A stretch of 64,000 nucleotides of DNA from Eledone cirrhosa (lineage: Eukaryota): the NCBI GenBank assembly GCA_964016885.1, contig OZ024744.1:23746001-23810000 (forward strand), given 5' to 3'. Both the position numbers and the translations under genes were made by a program. The first letter of the stretch is position 1; each line of letters begins with the position of its first letter. Shown here piece by piece: positions 55,761 through 64,000 of the stretch. Below the pieces are notes generated by a model. The model was given only the letters and a program-made list of their open reading frames with translations, made no database searches and had not been told where the DNA came from.

Positions 55761-58700
55761 GAACTGACTCGTTTTAACAACAGTTGAATCTTAAGATAAA
55801 ACTCGTTTTAACAACAGTTGAATCTTAAGAACTGACTCATTTTAACAACAGTTGAATCTTAAGAACTGATTCGTTTTAACAACAGTTGAATCTTAAGATA
55901 AAACTCGTTTTAACAACAGTTGAATCTTAAGAACTGACTCGTTTTAACAACAGTTGAATCTTAAGAAATGACTCGTTTTAATAACAGTTGAATCTTAAGA
56001 ACTGACTCGTTTTATCAACAGTTCAACCTTAAGAACTGACTCATCTTAACAACAGTTGAATCTTCAAATAAAACTCGTTTTAACAACAATTGAATCTTAA
56101 GAACTGATTCGTTTTAACAACAGCTGAATCTTTAGATAAAACTCGTTTTAACAACAGTTGAATCTTAAGATAAAATTCGTTTTAACAACAGTTGAATCTT
56201 AAGAACTGACTCATTTTAACGACAGCTGAATCTTTAGATAAAACTCGTTTTAACAACAGTTGAATCTTAAGAACTGACTCGTTTTATCAACAGTTCAACC
56301 TTAAGAACTGACTCGTTTTAACAACAGTTGAATCCTCAAATAAAACTCGTTTTAACAACAGTTGAATCTTAAGAACTGACTCGTTTTAACAACAGTTGAA
56401 TCTTAAGATAAAACTCGTTTTAACAACAGTTGTATCTTAAGAACTGACTCATTTTAACAACAGTTGAATCTTAAGATAAAACTCGTTTTAACAACAGTTG
56501 AATCTTAAGAACTGACTCGTTTTAACAACAGTTCAACTTTAAGAACTGACTCGTTTTAACAACAGTTGAATCTTCAAATAAAACTCGTTTTAACTACAGT
56601 TGAATCTTCAGAACTGACTCGTTTTAACAACAGTTGAATCTTAAGAACTGATTCGTTTTAACAACAGTTCAATCTTAAGATAAAACTGATTATAACAACA
56701 GTTGCATCTTAAGAACTGACTTGTTTTAACAACAGTTAAATCTGAAGAACTGACTCGTTTTAACAACAGTTGAATCTGAAGATAAAACTCGTTTTAACAA
56801 CAATTGAATCTTAAGAACTGATTCGTTTTAACAACAGTTGAATCTTAAGATAAAACTAGTTTTAACAACAGTTGAATCTTAAGAACTGACTCGTTTTAAC
56901 AACAGTTGAAACTTCAAATAAAACTCGTTTTAACAACAGTTGAATCTTAAGAACTGACTCATTTTAACAACAGTTCAATCTTAAGAACTGATTCGTTTTA
57001 ACAACAGTTGAATCTTAAGATAAAACTAGTTTTAATAACTGTTGAATCTTAAGATAAAACTCGTTTTAACAAGAGTTGAATCTTAAGAACTGACTCGTTT
57101 TAACAACAGTTGAATCTTAAATAAAACTCGTTTTAACAACAGTTGAATCTTAAGAACTGACTCGTTTTAACAACAGTTGAATCTTAAGAAATGACTGGTT
57201 TTAACAACAGATGAATCTTAAGAACTGACTGGTTTTAACAACAGTTCAACCTTAAGAACTGACTAGTTTGAACAACAGTTGAATCTCAAGAACTGACTCG
57301 TTTTAAAAACAGTTGAATCTTAAGATAAAACTCGTTTTAACAACAGTTGAATCTTAAGAAATGACTCGTTTTAATAACAGTTGAATCTTAAGAACTGACT
57401 CGTTTTAACAACAGTTCAACCTTAAGAACTGACTCGTTGTAACAACAGTTGAAACTTCAAATAAAACTCGTTTTAACCACAGTTGAATCTTAAGAACTGA
57501 ATCAATTTAACAACAGTTGAATCTTAAGAACTGACTCGTGTTAACAACAATTGAATCTTAAGATGAAACTCGTTTTAACAAAAGTTGAATCTTAAGAACT
57601 GACTCGTTTTAACAACAGCTGAATCTTAAGATAAAACTCGTTTTAACAACAGTTGAATCTTAAGAACTGACTCGTTTTATCAACAGTTCAACCTTAAGCA
57701 CTGACTCGTTTTAACAACAGTTGAATCTTCAAATAAAACTCGTTTTAATAACAGTTGAATCTTAAGAACTGACTCGTTTTAACAACAGTTGAATCTTAAG
57801 ATAAAACTCGTTTTAACAACAGTTGAATCTTAAGAACTGACTCATTTTAACAACAGTTGAATCTTAAGATAAAACTCGTTTTAACAACAGTTGAATCTTA
57901 AGAACTGACACGTTTTAACAACAGTTCAACCTTAAGAACTGACTCGTTTTAACAACAGTTGAATCTTCAAATAAAACTCGTTTTAACTACAGTTGAATCT
58001 TCAGAACTGACTCGTTTTAACAACAGTTGAATCTTAACATAAAACTCGTTTTAACAACAGTTCAATCTTAAGAACTGACTCATTTTAACAACAGTTGAAT
58101 CTTAAGAACTGATTCGTTTTAACAACAGTTGAATCTTCAGATAAAACTCGTTTTAACTACAGTTGAATCTTAAGAACTGACTCGTTTTAACAACAGTTGA
58201 ATCTTAAGATAAAACTCGTTTTAACAACAGTTGAATCTTAAGAACTGACTCATTTGAACAACAGTTGAATCTTAAGAACTGATTCGTTTTAACAACAGTT
58301 GAATCTTAAGATAAAACTCGTTTTAACAACAGTTGAATCTTAAGAACTGACTCGTTTTAACAACAGTTGAATCTTAAGAAATGACTCGTTTTAATAACAG
58401 TTGAATCTTAAGAACTGACTCGTTTTATCAACAGTTCAACCTTAAGAACTGACTCATCTTAACAACAGTTGAATCTTCAAATAAAACTCGTTTTAACAAC
58501 AATTGAATCTTAAGAACTGATTCGTTTTAACAACAGCTGAATCTTAAGATAAAACTCGTTTTAACAACAGTTGAATCTTAAGATAAAATTCGTTTTAACA
58601 ACAGTTGAATCTTAAGAACTGACTCATTTTAACGACAGCTGAATCTTGAGATAAAACTCGTTTTAACAACAGTTGAATCTTAAGAACTGACTCGTTTTAT

Positions 58701-61700
58701 CAACAGTTCAACCTTAAGAACTGACTCGTTTTAACAACAGTTGAATCCTCAAATAAAACTCGTTTTAACAACAGTTGAATCTTAAGAACTCACTCGTTTT
58801 AACAACAGTTGAATCTTAATATAAAACTCGTTTTAACAACAGTTGTATCTTAAGAACTGACTCATTTTAACAACAGTTGAATCTTAAGATAAAACTCGTT
58901 TTAACAACAGTTGAATCTTAAGAACTGACTCGTTTTAACAACAGTTCAACCTTAAGAACTGACTCGTTTTAACAACAGTTGAATCTTCAAATAAAACTCG
59001 TTTTAACTACAGTTGAATCTTAAGAACTGACTCGTTTTAACAACAGTTGAATCTTAAGATAAAACTCGTTTTAACAACAGTTGAATCTTAAGAACTGACT
59101 CATTTTAACAACAGTTGAATCTTTAGAACTGATTCCTTTTAACAACAGTTGATTCTTCAGATAAAACTCGTTTTAACTACAGTTGAATCTTAAGAACTGA
59201 CTCGTTTTAACAACAGTTGAATCTTAAGATAAAACTCGTTTTAACAACAGTTGAATCTTAAGATAAAACTCGTTTTAACAACAGTTGAATCTTAAGAACT
59301 GACTCGTTTTAATAACAGTTGAATCTTCAAATAAAACTCCTTTTAACAACAGTTGAATCTTAAGATAAACTCGTTTCAACAACAGTTGAATCTGAAGATA
59401 AACCTCGTTTTAACAACATTTGAATCTTAAGAACTGACTCGTTTTAACAACAGCTGCATCTTAAGATAAAACTCGTTTTAACAACAGTTGAATCTTAAGA
59501 ACTGACTCGTTTTATCAACAGTTCAACCTGAAGAACTTACTCGTTTTAACAACAGTTGAATCTTCAAATAAAACTCGTTTTAACAACAGTTGAATCTTAA
59601 GAACTGACTCGTTTTAACAACAGTTGAATCTTAAGATAAAACTCGTTTTAACAACAGCTGAATCTTAAGATAACACTCGTTTTAACAACAGTTGAATCTT
59701 AAGAACTGACTGGTTTTAACAACAGTTGAATCTTAAATAAAACTCGTTTTAACAAAGGTTGAATATTAAGAACTGACTCGTTTTAAACAACAGTTGAATC
59801 TTAAGATAAAATTCGTTTTAACAAAAGTTGAATCTTACGAACTGACTCGTTTTAACAATAGTTGTCTCTTAAGATAAAACTCGTTTTAACAACAGTTCAA
59901 ACTTAAGAACTGATTCGTTTTAACAACAGTTGAATCTTAAAATAAAATTCGTTTAACAACAGTTGAATCTTAAGGACTGGCTCGTTTTAACATCACATGT
60001 ATATTATGATAAAACTCGTTTTAATAACAGCTGTATCTTAAGAACTGACTCGATATAACAACAGTTGAATCTTAAGAACTACCTCGTTTTAACAACAGTT
60101 GAATGTTAAGAACTGACTCGTTTTAACAACAGTTCAATCTTAAGATAAAACTGATTATAACAACAGTTGCATCTTAAGAACTGACTTGTTTTAACAAAAG
60201 TTGAATCTGAAGAACTGACTCGTTTTAACAACAGTTGAATCTGAAGATAAAACTCGTTTAACAACAGTTGAATCTTAAGAACTGACTCGTTTTAACGACA
60301 GATGAATCTTATGATAAAACTCGTTTTAACAACAATTGAATCTTAAGAACTGATTCGTTTTAACAACAGTTGAATCTTAAGATAAAACTAGTTTTAACAA
60401 CAGTTGAATCTTAAGAACTGACTCGTTTTAACAACAGTTGAAACTTCAAATAAAACTCGTTTTAACAACAGTTGAATCTTAAGAACTGACTCATTTTAAC
60501 AACAGTTTAATCTTAAGAACTGATTCGTTTTAACAACAGTTGAATCTTAAGATAAAACTAGTTTTAATAACTGTTGAATCTTAAGATAAAACTCGTTTTA
60601 ACAAGAGTTGAATCTTAAGAACTGACTCGTTTTAACAACAGTTGAATCTTAAATAAAACTCGTTTTAACAACAGTTGAATCTTAAGAACTGACTCGTTTT
60701 AACAACAGTTGAATCTTAAGAACTGACTGGTTTTAACAACAGATGAATCTTACGAACTGACTCGTTTTAACAACAGTTCAACCTTAAGAACTGACTAGTT
60801 TTAACAACAGTTGAATCTCAAGAACTGACTCGTTTTAACAACAGTTGAATCTTAAGATAAAACTCGTTTTAACCACAGTTGAATCTTAAGAACTGAATCA
60901 TTTTAACAACAGTTGAATCTTAAGAACTGACTCGTGTTAACAACAATTGAATCTTAAGATAAAACTCGTTTTAACAAAAGTTGAATCTTAAGAACTGACT
61001 CGTTTTAACAACAGTTCAACCTTAAGAACTGACTAGTTTTAACAACAGTTTAATCTTAGAATAAAACTCGTTTTAACAACAGTTGAATCATAAGAACTGA
61101 TTCGTTTTAACAACAGTTGAATCTTAAGATAAAACTCGTTTTAACAACAGTTGAATCTTCAAATAAAACTCGTTTTAACAACAGTTGAATCTTAAGAACT
61201 GATTCGTTTTAACATCAGCTGAATCTTAAGATAAACTCGTTTTAACAACAGTTGAATCTTAAGATAAACCTCGTTTTAACAACATTTGAATCTTAAGAAC
61301 TGACTCGTTTTAACAACAGCTGAATCTAAAGATAAAACTCTTTTTAACAACAGTTGAATCTTAAGAACTGACTCGTTTTATCAACAGTTCAACCTGAAGA
61401 ACTGACTCGTTTTAACAACAGTTGAATCTTCAAATAAAACTCGTTTTAACAACAGTTGAATCTTAAGAACTGACTCGTTTTAACAACAGTTGAATCTTAA
61501 GATAAAACTCGTTTTAACAACAGGTGAATCTTAAGAACTGACTGGTTTTAACAACAGTTGAATCTTAAATAAAACTCGTTTTAACAAAGGTTGAATATTA
61601 AGAACTGACTCGTTTTAAACAACAGTTGAATCTTAAGATAAAATTCGTTTTAACAACAGTTGAATCTTAAGAACTGATTCGTTTTAACAACAGTTCAACC

Positions 61701-64000
61701 TAAGAACAGACTCGTTTTAACAACAGTTGAATCTTAAATAAAACTCGTTTTAACAACAGTTGAATCTTAAGAACTGACTCGTCTTAACAACAGTTGAATC
61801 TTAAGAACTGACTGGTTTTAACAACAGATGAATCTTAAGAACTGACTCGTTTTAACAACAGTTCAACCTTAAGAACTGACTAGTTTTAACAACAGTTGAA
61901 TCTCAAGAACTGACTCGTTTTAACAACAGTTGAATCTTAAGAAATGACTCGTTTTAATAACAGTTGAATCTTAAGAACTGACTCGTTTTAACAACAGTTC
62001 AACCTGAAGAACTGACTCGTTGTAACAACAGTTGAAACTTCAAATAAAACTCGTTTTAACAACAGTTGAATCTTAAGAACTGACTCGTGTTAACAACAAT
62101 TGAATCTTAAGATAAAACTCGTTTTAACAAAAGTTGAATCTTAAGAACTGACTCGTTTTAACAACAGTTCAACCTTAAGAACTGACTAGTTTTAACAACA
62201 GTTTAATCTTAGAATAAAATTCGTTTTAACAACAGTTGAATCTTAAGAACTGACTCGTTTTAACAAAAGTTGAATCTTATGAACTGACTCGTTTTAACAA
62301 TAGTTGTCTCTTAAGATAAAACTCGTTTTAACAACAGTTGAATTTTAACACTGACTCGTTTTAACAACAGTTCTAACTTAAGAAATGATTCGTTTTAACA
62401 ACAGTTGAATCTTAAAATAAAATTCGTTTAACAACAGTTGAATCTTAAGAACTGGCTCGTTTTAACATCACATGTATATTATGATAAAACTCGTTTTAAC
62501 AACAGCTGTATCTTAAGAACTGACTCGATATAACAACAGTTGAACCTTAAGAACTACCTAGTTTTAACAACAGTTGAATGTTAAGAACTGACTCGTTTTA
62601 ACAACAGTTCAATCTTAAGATAAAACTGATTATAACAACAGTTGCATCTTAAGAACTGACTTGTTTTAACAACAGTTGAATCTGAAGAACTGACTCGTTT
62701 TAACAACAGTTGAATCTGAAGATAAAACTCGTTTAACAACAGTTGAATCTTAAGAACTGACTCGTTTTAACGACAGATGAATCTTATGATAAAACTCGTT
62801 TTAACAACAGTTGAATCTTCAAATTAAACTCGTTTTAACAACAGTTGAATCATAAGAACTGATTCGTTTTAACAACAGTTGAATCTTAAGATAAAACTCA
62901 TTTTAACAACAGTTGAATCTTAAGATAAAACTCGTTTTAACAACAATTGAATCTTAAGAACTGATTCGTTTTAACAACAGTTGAATCTTAAGATAAAACT
63001 AGTTTTAACAACAGTTGAATCTTAAGAACTGACTCGTTTTAACAACAGTTGAAACTTCAAATAAAACTCGTTTTAACAACAGTTGAATCTTAAGAACTGA
63101 CTCATTTTAACAACAGTTCAATCTTAAGAACTGATTCGTTTTAATAACAGTTGAATCTTAAGATAAAACTAGTTTTAATAACTGTTGAATCTTAAGATAA
63201 AACTCGTTTTAACAAGAGTTGAATCTTAAGAACTGACTCGTTTTAACAACAGTTGAATCTTAAATAAAACTCGTTTTAACAACAGTTGAATCTTAAGAAC
63301 TGACTCGTTTTAACAACAGTTGAATCTTAAGAACTGACTGGTTTTAACAACAGATGAATCTTAAGAACTGACTCGTTTTAACAACAGTTCAACCTTAAGA
63401 ACTGACTAGTTTTAACAACAGTTGAATCTCAAGAACTGACTCGTTTTAACAACAGTTGAATCTTAAGATAAAACTCGTTTTAACAACAGTTGAATCTTAA
63501 GAAATGACTCGTTTTAATAACAGTTGAATCTTAAGAACTGACTCGTTTTAACAACAGTTCAACCTAAAGAACTGACTCGTTGTAACAACAGTTGAAACTT
63601 CAAATGAAACTCGTTTTAACCACAGTTGAATCTTAAGAACTGAATCATTTTAACAACAGTTGAATCTTAAGAACTGACTCGTGTTAACAACAATTGAATC
63701 TTAAGATAAAACTCGTTTTAACAAAAGTTGAATCTTAAGAACTGACTCGTTTTAACAACAGTTCAACCTTAAGAACTGACTAGTTTTAACAACAGTTTAA
63801 TCTTAGAATAAAACTCGTTTTAACAACAGTTGAATCATAAGAACTGATTCGTTTTAACAACAGTTGAATCTTAAGAACTGACTCGTTTTAACAACAGCTG
63901 AATCTTAAGATAAAACTCGTTTTAACGACAGTTGAATCTTAAGAACTGACTCGTTTTATCAACAGTTCAACCTTAAGAACTGACTCATTTTAACAACAGT

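Larger units (their letters stand above)
1..64000 (+). repeat. Tandem satellite DNA array, 34-bp monomer (~1,880 copies), two interspersed monomer types A (AACTG) and B (ATAAA)
   Basis: Consensus GAATCTTAAG(AACTG/ATAAA)ACTCGTTTTAACAACAGTT recurs every 34 bp (occasionally 32, 33, 35 or 36) from base 1 to 64000 with no unique interruption and no strand switch. Consensus GC is 11/34 (A) and 9/34 (B). Most monomers carry an AflII site (CTTAAG). Confidence 0.99.
16200..64000 (+). repeat. Variable-length higher-order repeat domain marked by a cassette of divergent monomers (variant family 2)
   Basis: Marker CATCACATGTATATTATG starts at about 16421, 22664, 25715, 29038, 31244, 33755, 35349, 37758, 39760, 41486, 43488, 46849, 47663, 49734, 52213, 54148, 59991 and 62466 (18 copies), each inside the same ordered run of variant monomers. 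Confidence 0.88.

Noticed and set aside
1-64000. CRISPR array: the B monomer can be written GTTTTAACAACAGTTGAATCTTAAGATAAAAC(TC), resembling type II-A repeats (GTTTTA...TTGAAT...AAAAC)
   Set aside because: There are no unique spacers (units abut directly and the variable tract has two main states), no leader and no cas genes. Variation follows duplication history. The resemblance is explained by AT-rich terminal dyad symmetry.
1-64000. Protein-coding ORF or repetitive protein gene on either strand
   Set aside because: A consensus A monomer has stops in all three + frames (TAA at monomer positions 7 and 24, TGA at 14 and 34). On the minus strand, two TAA per monomer plus the 34-bp frame shift close all frames within about two monomers.
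1-64000. Telomerase-type telomeric repeat or plasmid iteron array
   Set aside because: No G-rich strand, and inherited multi-kb blocks of variants indicate recombinational amplification rather than templated synthesis. Copy number is far beyond iteron clusters and there is no rep gene. A subtelomeric location cannot be excluded.
1-64000. Promoter, polyadenylation (AATAAA in CAAATAAAAC) or E-box/Myb (CAGTTG, CAGCTG) regulatory elements
   Set aside because: Such short motifs are expected in an AT-rich repeat and no adjacent gene gives them context, so they are not reported as features.
1-64000. A/B monomer order as an information-bearing code, or a synthetic/artefactual concatemer
   Set aside because: The order is accounted for by nested duplications and deletions. 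Hierarchically shared point variants indicate natural evolution rather than design or a sequencing artefact, though individual near-identical blocks still need read-level validation.

Overview
The whole 64-kb window is one uninterrupted head-to-tail tandem array (satellite DNA) of an AT-rich 34-bp monomer, about 1,880 copies (64000/34), all in the same orientation and running off both window ends. Two main monomer types differ in one short tract: A = GAATCTTAAG-AACTG-ACTCGTTTTAACAACAGTT and B = GAATCTTAAG-ATAAA-ACTCGTTTTAACAACAGTT. I found no protein-coding gene, RNA gene, transposon, CRISPR spacer or unique sequence, so I cannot support a new gene-based system here. The structure worth attention is internal to the array. 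The B monomer is almost fully tiled by three short dyad symmetries. Variant monomers form ordered cassettes and a variable-length higher-order repeat. There are several very recent 2.5-4.1 kb tandem duplications, and variants are layered so that the 14-17 kb and 59.7-64 kb zones share older alleles around a younger central expansion. This resembles eukaryotic (peri)centromeric or heterochromatic satellite, but organism and function cannot be determined from the sequence. All coordinates were read by eye and block boundaries are approximate.
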